Source of the DNA: Antedon mediterranea
Taxonomy: Eukaryota > Animalia > Echinodermata
NCBI RefSeq assembly: GCF_964355755.1
Contig: NC_092674.1
Coordinates: forward strand, 15,190,001-15,254,000
Reading direction: 5' to 3'
Length of the DNA stretch: 64,000 bases
Every line of letters starts with the position of its first letter. Position 1 is the stretch's first letter. The translations under genes and the position numbers were made by a program. A model generated the notes under the pieces. The model made no database searches and was not told where the DNA came from. It saw only the letters and a list, made by a program, of their open reading frames with translations. Of this stretch, positions 1-12,497 are shown in pieces.

Positions 1-2544
1 TTTTTTTAAATCCATTCAAAACAGCAAGAGTAATAATGAGACCCGATTGTTTATATTTACATACGTTTAAGAATTTTCTTGTTTGCTAAGTAATTCAATA
101 ATGATTCCTAGTAATTTTACTTTGATAACAAATCTTCAAAATATATGTTGATGTATGTTTTCATATTGAATATGAGGATATTGTATTGTATTTCAAGTTT
201 TTCACTTGTTAAATTAATGTGTGCTGAATCTCTGTCATTGAGAAACAATATGCCATGGACATACCTGATAGATTGCCATATTGGTTGCAAACAACAGTTG
301 TTTTAATTAGTGCAAATGTTTATTAACCTTTATGTTAATAAAGTATGTAATTTCAAACAATTGGTTATTCAATTGATATTTCTTTTTTTCTGTTGAATTG
401 AAAAACGTTGAACAATTAAATATACTGATTGAAATTATTTTAAAATAGAATCTCTTATTGTCCATTTAACTGGTTCTTTACATTGATTGAGTCCACGGTT
501 GCATAGATTAACGCCAAGCAGTTAATGCATTTGTCCACGATAAGACAGTCTAAATCTATACACTAAATGTGCATCCCTTCTTCATTGATAGTCCATGGTT
601 GCATAGATTATTATTATTGCATGTTTATTCACATATTTTTTTTATTAATTATATTTTCAGTCTCTGCTATGATTAGTACCAAGTATTGTTAATCAGTCAC
701 CACTTCTCAGAGTCATGCTTTCAACAAGTCTTACTTCACAATTTGATGTCTTTTAAAGGTAATATATTGGTCATCTCAATATTGCTTTATGTTTTAAACC
801 ATCAGATAATAGTCCTAGTAATAATTGTAGCAGTACAATTAGAAATTAAATTTAGTTAATTTGAAATGCCCAAATTCAATTTTGCTTTCCCTTCCCCATC
901 AGCTGTTCTTGTTTGGGTACATTGTTAAAAATCACAATATATGATACACAGAAATACAGTCTGTTTAGGTCATGAAAATGAATAATGCATTAACAATGTT
1001 ATAAGTTTTATTAGTATACTAATGACTGAATATAATGGTTTTTTTAAAACAGTGATAATGGATAAAGAAAGAGGATAATCTAGAAGTGGAAGTGGAAACA
1101 AGATGAACAATACATTTAGGAAGAAGAAAAAAAGGAGATGATTGAATATAACTAATAGTCTATATTTTTCATACACATTAATTCATGTTAAAACAAAATG
1201 ACCATTAAACAATTTTAAGCCCAATTAAATAGAACAAAGCACCCAAGAAAATGACTAGAAATGTAATTTAACAGGTGAAATTAATTCTAAAGCCAATACA
1301 AAGCAAATACATTACAATTAAAAATGAAGCGAGAAAAGTGTAATGTAACACATCTGAGAATTGTTAGTAAAGTATTATATTTCAAACCCAAAATTAAAAC
1401 TTTTTTTTAGACAACTTCTAATGTTTATTAAAATGTGGTTTCATGTTCTTGCACATTTACGATAACATTCTAAAACGTAAAGAGAACGACCCCCTTATCA
1501 AACACTCTCATCAAATATAGGCCTACAGCACAAAATCTCTAAAAGAAGATTCGTAAGAATGATGTAACAAAAAAGCCTAATGTAAATTATATCTGTTTAA
1601 CAGAAAATTCAAAGGTATGTATTTAACTTTTAAACACATTATGCCTATCCTATGTACCATTAACAATCCACATTTTTTATATATAATTTTTTTTTCTAGA
1701 TTTTTCAAACTTCTGGGTTTGAAATACCCGCAAACAAGCTAAATCAATTTTACAATCCTCTGGAATATACTATAGCAGAAACTTTTGGTTTGCCAGAAAA
1801 ACAAAAGAATTGGACTAAAGGCAACTAGAGCTGAGGTGCAGTATAATTGTAGTTCCATAGAAAAATTAATCTCGTTACAGAAATGATGTTGGTCTACTAC
1901 GTAAATGTTTTCAAGTCGTTAAACGTGACTGTTGAAGAATTTACTAACACGTTGCCAATAAAATGGAAAATAATAAAAAATAACGAATCAATTAAGTCAA
2001 TTCAAATAATGTTAAGATATGAATACGTTAAGATATGAATGTGAAATGAAGATGTTAAGATACCCATGGATGTGTTTTGACAGCATATTCTTGTCTGGCT
2101 GACTGACCTGGATGGTGTTTACCTGTGTATTTGGGACCCAGACAGTGGCTAGATAGTGATAATAATTGTTAGACACTCTCATTCAGGATACTGCAGAGAA
2201 AGAAGGTAGCAAATATATGAAATACCAGATCACTATATATACGTCTAATTTCTGCAGTAGCATCTAATTATAATAACTACAGACTTGGGGCAAGCCTAAT
2301 TATTATCAGATGTAAATAATAACTCCGTAATTGATCCGTTTCACTCAGCGCGTACAAAGCACATCATAGTAATATTAAACTGAAAGGTGTTCTACGAGCA
2401 CGTTAAACATGACAGGTTGCGCACGTAAAACATAAAAAATATTGCAAAATATTCCATACTTTTAAAAATGATAGTTTATTAGAATGCGAGGTTACCCCAA
2501 TTTTTTAAATTTTATTTTGTTACAGGCTACATTATTTACATTTT

Positions 2545-2980
2545 ATGTGTAGTGCTACCGACTTTGAAATTAGCGGTACCGGGATTGAATCCCAGCAGGG
2601 GAAGTTAAAATTTATAGATTTTTTTAGTTACACTGGACAGATAGTTTATTTTTTAATTAGCTAATTCATATCTGAAAAGTACTTAAATGTGCAATTTAAC
2701 ATAACACGTTGTAACTTGGTCAACATAATTATAGACACTGAAGTTGTGCAGCCAAACTTTTTGACGCTGTCAGAGCCGCATAGCACAATTTACGCACAGT
2801 TTTTTGACTTTGAAACAAATAAATAATCTTTTTAAGAATGTTTTTCTTTACCTCAACTTGCATCAAGGGGTTCATGACTTACCGAGGAATACGAGGAATC
2901 TTTCTTCGAATTTGCTTCAGCAGGTACTTATTTGGCTCGATGTGTAGTGCAGTCGACTTTGCTATCAGAGGTACCGGAAA
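2545..2980 (+). mobile_element. Two degenerate tRNA-derived SINE-head-like fragments (~2545-2605 and ~2931-2977)
   Basis: Related segments atgtgtagtg...cgactttg...ggtaccgg; the first continues into a B-box-like gggattgaatccc. Confidence 0.3.
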
Positions 2981-3264
2981 GTATGTGAATGTGTTTGCGG
3001 GCTGATAACCAAACTCGTCCTAAATGACAAGTTTATATCTAGTTCTACAATTTAAGGCCTACTTTGATTGCATCTTCTTTTTGTATGCTTACTCGGTTAA
3101 TATGTTCAATTGGTAGGGAATGTTTAAAAAATCATTTTAGTAGCAATTCACACAATCTACAGCATTTATTTCGATAAAGAGGCCCTCTTTTCAAATTGCA
3201 AAAAGTCATCTCTTAAAGAAGCCCAAGAGTCCAAAAAAAGGAGGAAGAAGATTCTGATTCCCTA

Positions 3265-3365
3265 ATTCCAAACTCTGAATGGGAATGCCACACGGAGAAG
3301 CATCGAAATGTACTTAACTGCATGCCATAGCACCATGGATGTTTGCCTTCAACCATTATAATGTT
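3265..3365 (+). pseudogene. Possible Academ-type transposase fragment
   Basis: Frameshifted reading ATR...EMYLTA...IAPWMFAFNHYN resembles the recalled R-x-G-x-W-x2-HL...PW-x-FA-x-DH-x-NY motif; short and degraded. Confidence 0.3.
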
Positions 3366-4324
3366 TAATCTTGCACAGTATTACATTGTATCGTACAGAA
3401 ATATAAAATGCCAAAATAAAGGGTGTAGGTGGAGCTACATTGGAATAGCAGACGATAAATGATTTTACGAATGTGGCATGGCTGGTCCTGAAGTAATGAA
3501 ATTGACATCCTAGTCAGAATTACATATATGTGATTGTGAGTCAACAGACAGAATTTATGAACTGGAAAAACAACAAAGAATCCATTGAAGATGCAGTACA
3601 ACATTGAAACAAAGGTTGTCATCACCCTATCAACGAATAGAGGTGCAGTAAAACCCTTTTATATAAACCTAGCAGATCATTTACAATTAAAAAGAAACAG
3701 TGGTTAATGATTTGTAATCATAGGTGATTTACAGTTAAACAGGAACTGATGATTATAGATGTTAAAAAGGAACATAGTAGCAGATCATTTACAAACCACA
3801 AACAGTGGTTAAAAACAATTGTTTAGCCGTACACATCTTATTAAAGAATATTTGATAATTCCAGATTCTTCAGACGGGACATAAAGCTGTTGGGTCACTG
3901 CTGTGCGACCTAATAAAATTTAAAAATGAGTAGAATTGTCATTGTCTCTTCAAAAGAAAAAAAAATCTCAAAACGGCCAAAAGAAGGTAAGAATCAGATG
4001 ACTGGAAATGTGTTGCGAAGCATCACATATCAGAAGACAAAGACCTGGATCGGCATTTTGCTGTAAAAAAGAAGAAAAGGGTAACCAATATTTTATGCAG
4101 AGTGGTGAAAGTCAGGCATCATTGCAACAATGGAAATGATTCAGAATGTAAAAAGAAAAAACATTCTTTCCAAATCTGTGAAAAGAGAAGAGAACTGTTT
4201 TAAACGAATAAGACACAACACAGACTTCATATATTGACATTGATCAATGCATTATTAATAAAAAAAATTATTATTAATAAAAAAAACCCTTCCATCAGCT
4301 GCCCACCAAAGTATTAAACGGACT

Positions 4325-4770
4325 AAGCTCCGGTTTGGTATGGCCGGGGATATTGAATGATATGTATAGGCTGCGACATATGTAACAGCCATAAAAGGGG
4401 TAACAAGAAAGTCCGCTCAGAACAAATCAACTATCACTCAGGGGCCCCAATGGAAAGTGTTCACATAGACTTTGCAGTCCAGTAGTGGAAATCTGTATGT
4501 ACTAATGGTAGTGGATCAATTCACAAAATGGGTAGAGGATTACCCGGTACCCGACAGACTGCACAATTGCCGAGGTACTGGCAAGGGAATTCTTCTCTAA
4601 TGCCGTTGCAATTGCACTCAGACCAGGATCTGAACTTTGAGAGTGACCTGTTTGGGGAGCTCTGCAAAATTCACATACCCTGCCCTACCGTCCTTCAGCT
4701 AAATGCTGAAACGTTATAACCTGACTGTGAGGAAAACAAAAAGACTGGGATAAATATCTGCCCCAGATTG
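4325..4770 (+). mobile_element. Ty3/Gypsy integrase core fragment (degraded)
   Basis: GAPMESVHIDFA, SGNLYVLMVVDQFTKWVE, PLQLHSDQDLNFESDLFGELCK, DWDKYLPQI across frameshifts. Confidence 0.8.
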
Positions 4771-4869
4771 AAATAAATTCACAGGTAATTGTTTTTATTG
4801 GATTTCACATACATTTTGTGATTCCCATCTGTAGCCCATCTTTAATCATACCTTTTTCCAAAATTGCAG

Positions 4870-5335
4870 GTAGAGGAGTAATTACACTTAAGAATATCCC
4901 AAAAGGAAAGTTGTTACTATGGTACAAGGGAGAGATAATGAATGGAGAAGAGGGGAACAGCAGAGAGAAATTTGATTCAATAGGGTTTTGGTATTTTTTT
5001 TAATAACATGGAGTGGAAATGTATGTTTTAACTATGCTTTAATGGGCAACTCTGATATATATTTCATCATTTGCGACCAATTTCCTCTACTGTATAAGCC
5101 TTTTTTAACCTAGTTTAAAAAAAATTGAATGGGCTGCTCGTACATAATATATCATATAACGTAAGGGCCAAATTTACAAAGAAATAATAATTTTATTGTT
5201 AATGAGTCATCAAATTGGTTGGTATTTGTATTTGTCTACAGTATTGATGCCTCAGAGGAACCTATGGCTGGTGCATTTAGAGGTCGCCTTTGTAACCATG
5301 GAGGAAGAAGAGATATCAATGCCAAAATATGAGTG
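4870..5335 (+). pseudogene. SET-domain (PR-Set7/KMT5A-like) exons, truncated: 4870-5020 and 5242-~5335
   Basis: ttgcag|GRGVITLKNIPKGKLLLWYKGE...WYFF*; gtatgt donor; tacag|IDASEEPMAGAFRGRLCNHG (SET GRG, IDA and RLxNH motifs); in-frame stops. Confidence 0.7.
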
Positions 5336-5575
5336 TAATAGACAATAGTGGTGTTCACATCAAACTATGTCGAGATAATTCAAATAGATAATCCAGACGA
5401 TGTTTCCATAAGTTTGGATGTGAACGCTAAGTTACGTTGAGAAGAAGGTTTTATCTCGACAATTTTTTTTTATTGCTTCATGGATCTCTCACAACACTTC
5501 TTGCGGGCATTTCATTTCACCATTCGTACGTCTAATTTAATCTATTTTAGTATTCTTATTTAAAATTTGATCATA

Positions 5576-5880
5576 ATGTCGGTAAAGCCAAAACACAAGA
5601 GACACCTCTGGACTTTTGATCAAGAGAGAGATTTGATAGACATTTGGAAGGAACCTGAAATTGCCGAAAAAGTCGAGGATAAGCTATTTAGCAGAAGGCT
5701 AAGCTACACGAACAGATAGCTCAACGAATAAGAGATTTAGGACATACTAGGATAACAGCGGGTGTAGTCATCACTAAATTAAAGAATTTAAGAGCAGAAC
5801 ACAAAGGGGAAAAGGTATGACAAACATCAAACATGATGATCCAAAGTCATCAAGTCCACACTACCATGCCTTGAATGAGA
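5576..5880 (+). pseudogene. Myb/SANT-like (trihelix) DNA-binding ORF, typical Harbinger accessory protein, frameshifted
   Basis: MSVKPKHKRHLWTFDQERDLIDIWKE...(frameshift) KLHEQIAQRIRDLGHTRITAGVVITKLKNLRAEHK. Confidence 0.65.
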
Positions 5881-6921
5881 TACTTGGTGGAAAACCTGAG
5901 TGTAAACCACCCGCCGGATTGCTAGGACAATCGAATTTTCACCACCGCTGCCCCATTCTTCGCTAGGTCTAGTAGGAAGGCCTAGGCTTGTCAACATTCC
6001 AACCAACCCAAGTACTACTACTATTGCTAAACCTCTAGCCAAAGAATGTCAAGAAAATGGTGCCTATCAATATCATCAATCCAAGGAAAATGACAACCCA
6101 GGCAACAAGACCAGAAGGTAAGCTATTCTAAATTTTGTCTAGGCCTACGCCTAGCTATATAAAAAGGGATGGGAACAGAGCTAAGGGGTTTAAAAATCAG
6201 TGAAGAGGTTATGTATGATTTAATGGTGAAAGAAAACTGCCTTTCAAGGTTATTATTGGAGTGTTTATAAGGTCAGAATGATAAATTAAAAATAAAATCT
6301 GAAATGGATACAACATATCATCAAATAGTTATTGTGTGATAAACAATTGAAGGTACAAATCTAAGTTGAAAAAAACAAAACATTTAAATCTTGAAATTAA
6401 TTATATCTTCATGATAATTACATTCAGACTTCAAGACAGACACTGATATATTACTATCATTGACCAGATAATTGACAAAAGATGTATTTTAGTGTAATTC
6501 ATTTTATGGTATATTTTAGTTTTCTGAATTGACAGTGTTTGGTTTTGGTTATATGCTTGCGATTATTTCAAAATGATACAGAACTATAGGCCTAACGAGC
6601 AAATTGATTTCTATTTTTATACACGGTACATTGTAATTAACAAATCATGTGCAAGAAAAACAGTATATAATATATAAATGCAAACATAATAATACCAGCC
6701 CGATGATAAAGTGATAAAGGAATTAAAAAAAATGTTAAATGAGCTGCTTATTTGAAACTGATGGTATTTGATGACACTAAAAGTGTTATTTTTTAAATAA
6801 TGTAATCTGATATGGCAAACATTTGAGCCATATGGGCCATAAATGCAATTTCGTATTCCATTAATTAAATATGAATTGAAATGTTAAAATCGACGTTAAT
6901 GGTATACAGAAATTGCATTAA

Positions 6922-7316
6922 AGACCCCTTCCCTAAAATCTGTATGAACATCATACACTAGTTATATACCTAGCCTGACGTTGTATAGTTGCTGCATTAA
7001 TTTTCTTTCTATTTTTGCCAGACTCTGTTGATACAAATTAGAGACAACCCGGTATTTTTGATGAAAAGTCTTCCATTTGTTTTGGCCTCACGATCGATCG
7101 AAAAGTGGGTGAATTAAAGAAAAACAAAAATATCGATCTGCAATGCATTTTGGGATTTATAGCGGGCCGCTAAAATTACTAGAATCAACCCTTTTTCAAA
7201 TTTTTAACGGTTTAAAGACAAAAAAGTTATCTCAATAGGATCATATAATATTTATTTTTACATTAAATGTAGTTTGTTACCTTAAATTAGATCTAAAAAA
7301 CGTAGGGAATGGGTCT
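6922..7316. mobile_element. Non-autonomous DNA transposon (MITE), Kolobok-like
   Basis: TTAA at 6918-6921 and 7317-7320; TIRs AGACCCCTTCCCTA / TAGGGAATGGGTCT (13/14 match); AG...CT termini. Confidence 0.75.
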
Positions 7317-7899
7317 TTAACTTAGAAATCTTTCTTTAAAAAAAGAAAAGTGGTATTTTAATTTTATGTTTATGTATTTTGATTAGTTTGTATTAGGTTG
7401 TCCTGCTCTGGTTTAGCACAATCTTTTGATGGTGTATGTACGCAGATGACGATAAAACTTATATAATCTAGATAGAGAAAAACATTTGAGCCATGGTGAA
7501 ATTCTGATTTTGGTATGGATATTGTGGGTTGAAATGAACGTTAAGGGAGATATTTTAAGGGCAGCCGACATGATATTCCAACCTGATATTTTGTCAGTTT
7601 TGGTTTTTTGTTACAGTATGTTCTCATGCACTTCTATGTTTGTTGATCCATGGGTGAGATGAGGTGAAATAAACCATATTTGGGGGTTAAGAGAAAGACC
7701 TACAAAGAAGGGCAGTGCAATTACCTTACAACAATCAATTTGTTCTCTTGCTATTGTTATTGAAATTTCAAAAAGGAAATTAGTGATTTTAGATTATACT
7801 GACATAACCGTAAACATCTAAAAAATGTGAAATGGTCTATGTAGTAGTATGATTTTTAGATCACACACTATTTCCAGAAGATTATTTAGGCAAAAAATA

Positions 7900-9410
7900 A
7901 AGGATTAGGATAGTTTTTTACTGTTATTAAAGAACAAACTAGAAAGTATAGAAAACGCATCATCTTCCTTCAGTTCACATTCATCATGCAGTACACACAA
8001 AATGCTATGCAGTACACAACAAATGCTATGCAGTACACAACAATTGTTATGCAGTTTGATTTGAATTGAAAATAGTAAAATAGTGCTCAAGTTATACCGC
8101 CATTTATTGAAAAAATTAAATATTATCATGTGACGTTTATTAGATAGCTCTATTCAAACTCTGCCCACCGTGTAGGTTGAACGTCCCTATGCCAAAAAAT
8201 AGTTATACTAAACAATAATTCATAGAAGTGAAATTTATTTTTTATTGATCCAATAGATCAAATAGTATGAAATACAAAGTCTGGTACTTACTGCGACATT
8301 TTTTTAAAAGTAGACTGTTGTTCTTGGTTACAATCTGGTCAATACGACCTTGAGAGCTCTGTGTTTGATTGCGACGCTGGTTCCCTGATTGTTTCCTTGA
8401 GTCTGAATGATGTCATTGTGATAATATAAGTTATGTCCATCTTCATCTCTGTTCATTTCTTTTGAACCATTAAGTTTCTTTTTGTAGAATTTGAGTGTCC
8501 CAGTAGTTTCATGTGTGGTTGTATAGCATGGTCTCTGCAATGGCTGATCTTGAATTATGATTATTTCCTTGATCTGGTTTGTATGCCTGTTGTGTCCTTT
8601 TGTACATTCAAATAGTGTTCTATAATTCTTGTTTGACAGTAACATTTCATATATATTTTTCCTTCTCTATTTTATCTTTTGGGTATACCAAACCTGATCT
8701 GATTTGTGGTATGAATTAAGTGTTTTTGTTGGGTTTTTAGTGTTTCTTTTTATTTTTTCGACCATCCCGTGCACATGTCATTTCCAAGTGAGTTTGATTG
8801 CAGTTGATCCAGGCTTGTTATTTCAGCCATTCCATAAAAAAGTTAGCAGTGATCGAACTAGCTGGGCTTCTCTTTTCTATCCCTTTTTTGTGTCTGCATC
8901 AAAAACACTCAGATGACGTATTGACCAGATTATAACCAAGAAGAACAATTTTCTTGCAAACTGAACGTTGCGAAATATTGTATAAATTACCTTACTTTGT
9001 ATTTCATTTCTGTATTTACTAGTACCACATGCTTAGGGCCTTCTTGTTCACTAGTACCACATGCTTAGGGCCTTCTTATTTACTAGTACCACATGCTTAG
9101 GGCCTTCTTGTTTACTAGTACCACATGCTTAGGGCCTTCTTGTTTATTGCTGGCCATCTTATGTACTACCGTAAGTTATACAGTTTGACTACACTTTATT
9201 TTACAGCAATCTAATAAACGTCACATCATGCTTTTTTGATAGGTTGCGGTATAAATTGTATTGTAATTGTGTGTCCTGCATAGTGTGATGTGTACTGCAT
9301 TGCGTTTGGTGTATATATACTGCATGTTGAATGTGAACTGAAGGCAGATGAAGCGTTCCAAAGTAAATGGAGATTTATGCATCGGCTAAATTTTTTGGAA
9401 GACAGCATAA
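7900..9410. repeat. Two diverged copies of a ~230-bp repeat in inverted orientation (~7900-8150 and ~9205-9410)
   Basis: aacgcatcatcttccttcagttcacattcatcatgc vs reverse complement of gcatgttgaatgtgaactgaaggcagatgaagcgtt; tgtgacgtttattagat vs atctaataaacgtcaca. Confidence 0.7.
9018..9146. repeat. 32-bp minisatellite, 4 copies
   Basis: actagtaccacatgcttagggccttcttgtt(c/t) repeated. Confidence 0.95.
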
Positions 9411-10344
9411 CGTCACAACATCTAACATCCCATTTTAATTGTACAAAATGTATAACTGATATACAATGAAACGATTCACCATCCTTCTGATCTGTGCACC
9501 ATTTTCCTTGGTCGCAGCCATGGGTAAACTGATCTTCTTAATAAATATAGCCATAAGGTTATATAAACCTTGTGACTGAGATTCTGAGAATCTTCTCTGG
9601 ACCAGACCATTAGTGGTAAATTATGGTAAAAATGGGAACTGTGAACCAATAAAGAGACCCGAGTAGAAACACCATAGTGTAAAAAAGGCAAAAGGGATGA
9701 GACAATAATACTGGACAAATTATTACAAGAACCAATGGAATCAAAGTATACAGTGATGCTGCCAGAATATTTAAATAACATACAAGTAAAACTCAATGAT
9801 TAATACGAAGCTAGCTGGCAGAAATAACAATAGCAGACGACAGAAATAGGATGGGCCTGAATAAGTTTAGCAAAGAGTCAAGAAGAATGAAGGAAAAATG
9901 TTATGGTTTAGTTGATGTTCAGATCTTGGTGGTGAGATGCAACGGCTCAGGCTATAGGTGGGTCTTAGGTCTAGGGAAACTAGCTGTTACAGAAGTGAAT
10001 CCATACAGTACATCGAAAAAAACATAATACATTAAAACGGAAACCAACAGACACAGCGAGAGGAGTAGTAATGACAGGACTATAATACGGGCAAAAACCA
10101 AGTTGAAAACGTAGGTACACATCAGCACAACATGCAGTGACAACACACAATTCTATACGAAGGGCTATTCTAGTATCAGATTAGTATAAAAAAAAAGAAA
10201 AGTAAAGTTAATCTGATAGTGTGGTATCCGTAACAACTTAGTGTAAGTAAACCATATTGTAAATGTTCATAATCTTCTCAATATAATTTTAAATTTCGCA
10301 TTGAAACAGGTCGATGGAACAGAACACGAAAAAATTTGTAAAAT

Positions 10345-10434
10345 ATAATTAAGTTGAAGACAAATTTAATTTCCTTTTAAAATAGCGATGTCTTCAAATT
10401 AAAAGGAAATGAATTTCGTCTTCATATGAATTAT
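10345..10434. repeat. Short imperfect palindrome (mini foldback)
   Basis: ataatt..tgaagac.aaatt.atttccttttaa / ttaaaaggaaat.aattt.gtcttca..aattat. Confidence 0.6.
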
Positions 10435-10574
10435 CACCTTGGAAAACGTCTGATATTTTAAAATGGATGTACGAGCAAGATTATGTCAAATCTAAGATTG
10501 GCAATCCTGATTTAACAAGAGAATTTAAGCATCTGCCTTTTTACTTTACTCAAATTTAACACATTTTAAATTAT

Positions 10575-10735
10575 ATAATTAGGCGTGGATATAATGACCA
10601 TATACGGTCACAGAAAGCTAGGCTCGATTACTCACTACAACATTGGACCTGTCAGCAAAAGCTTTGGTTGCCAATATGAAGCAATACAATGGTAAATTTG
10701 GATGGAATCATTGTCTGGCACCAGGACAGACTCTA
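10575..10735 (+). mobile_element. CACTA/EnSpm-type transposase fragment
   Basis: LDLSAKALVANMKQYNGKFGWNHC, matching the DLPAKA...NMKQFNG-x-YGC-x2-C motif. Confidence 0.6.
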
Positions 10736-11059
10736 CGCACTGCACCTCTGCATAGATTTTGAGGATATATAAAAGAAGGTGTGTTAAATTGGGGACTGAA
10801 GATCACAATGTGGACATAATTTTGTGAGGTTATGTTAAACACTAATCTAAAATCATGCGCCTAAATAATGTAGAAGCTGCAGTTATTGAACATTTTGCAA
10901 TTGTGAAAACTTTGCTTAATGAAAGTAAGACGGTTATGTTTATTCGACACCTTGAACACTAATATTGTTAGACAGGATCAAGATAGTGGTGCTAATGCAT
11001 CCCATATTATATTAGATATATGTTATTATTAGATATATCAGGCAGCCTGAAGACATTAT

Positions 11060-12100
11060 TAGGGCAATAAATATGACAAGTTGGAATTGGAATGCCTGAT
11101 TTCTCACTACAAGTAAAAGCAATAAATGGGCAAGAAATCTCCTATCGAGAAAACATGTAAGGTGGAAATTGTTGCCTTTGCATTACATCAATCGAATAGG
11201 TAATGGGAATATGTTATTCAGTATGTCATGCATAAATCTCACTAATCAGAAGATCTTTCAAGGTATACCATTATTTTATTTAAAAGTTATTGAGAGCTGT
11301 GTCGAATTTAACAAGGTTGACGTTGAAACTATCAGTAATTATGAACAGATTGTTGAACAATATTTATGGGGAAATAAGAATATTAAAATAAACAACAAGG
11401 CTTTATTTTATAAAAATTGGGTTTCTTCAGGGTTTACAAAAGTGAAACACGTTGTTTCCTTTAATCGTTTATTAAACCCAAGTGAAATAAAGAATAATTT
11501 GGGTATAAAAAGAAATTGGATTAGTGAATACACTACACTTGTTGAGGCAATTCCAAAAATGTGGATAAATGTAATTAAGAAAAACAATAAACAGGTAAAT
11601 AATATGGTTACAAAATGTGACGTAATCGATACAATTTTAGGAACGACCACAAAAGATGCACATTTATACTTTGTCGACAGCATTTTTATTCCTCCTCAAT
11701 GTATACGTAAATGGGAGAATGTCTTTACAATTACAATAAAATGGCCAGAAGTTTGGAAACAAAAAGTATTAAATGAAAAAAACAAAAAATATGCACAATT
11801 TAATTAAATTTTATTCCTACCAATAGTCGATTATATATGTGGAATATTAAGAGTACTAGTAAATGCAATAATTGTGATGCCTTTGACGATGAAAAACACA
11901 TGTTCTTTGAATGTCCAGGTAACAAGAATTTATGGAGAAATATAGATAAATTAAAAAAAAATATTGATGGTAGTAAAAGATCTTTTAAAGAGCTCATTCT
12001 TGGCAGTGGAAATTGTACAAAAAACCAATTATATACCATCGCTACCTATTCTATTTATAAAATAAAAATATATAATGACTGCCGTAGGTTTGATTTAAAT
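11060..12100 (+). mobile_element. L1/Tx1-clade LINE ORF2 3' fragment
   Basis: GIGMPDF..QVKA; LFYLKVI...EQYLWGNKNIKINNKALFYKNW..SGF..V; C-terminal zinc finger CNNC...EKHMFFEC; stops and frameshifts. Confidence 0.8.
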
Positions 12101-12497
12101 GTGTTTTATTATATTTATTTTACCATACAATGTAGCATAATCATATTGCATGAATTAATTTCAAATATATTCAGTTTATATTACACAACAAAAGAGAAAA
12201 AAAAAATGTATTAAAAATAAGTATGTAACAAAAATATGAAATAAATGTGAGTGAAAAATTACAAGTTTAATTGGTAAATATATTTGCATAGGCAATGCTG
12301 CTGACCTGAGAAATCTCTATACATGATCGAATAAATGTCCTAGGTCACGTGCCCAGGAACGAACTATTCAAATATTGTGACTGCAAAATTATGTGTCTGA
12401 TACAACCAATATTATAAAAGATTTACAGTAATTAGATTGTTGAACACATAATGCTTTAATAAATGTTTTCTTTATATAATACTAAATAGGGATTTGA

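Noticed and set aside
1440-2050. Possible exons with gt/ag boundaries
   Set aside because: Stops in all frames and no recognisable domain
8300-8920. Minus-strand LINE-like coding remnant
   Set aside because: Too degraded to assign
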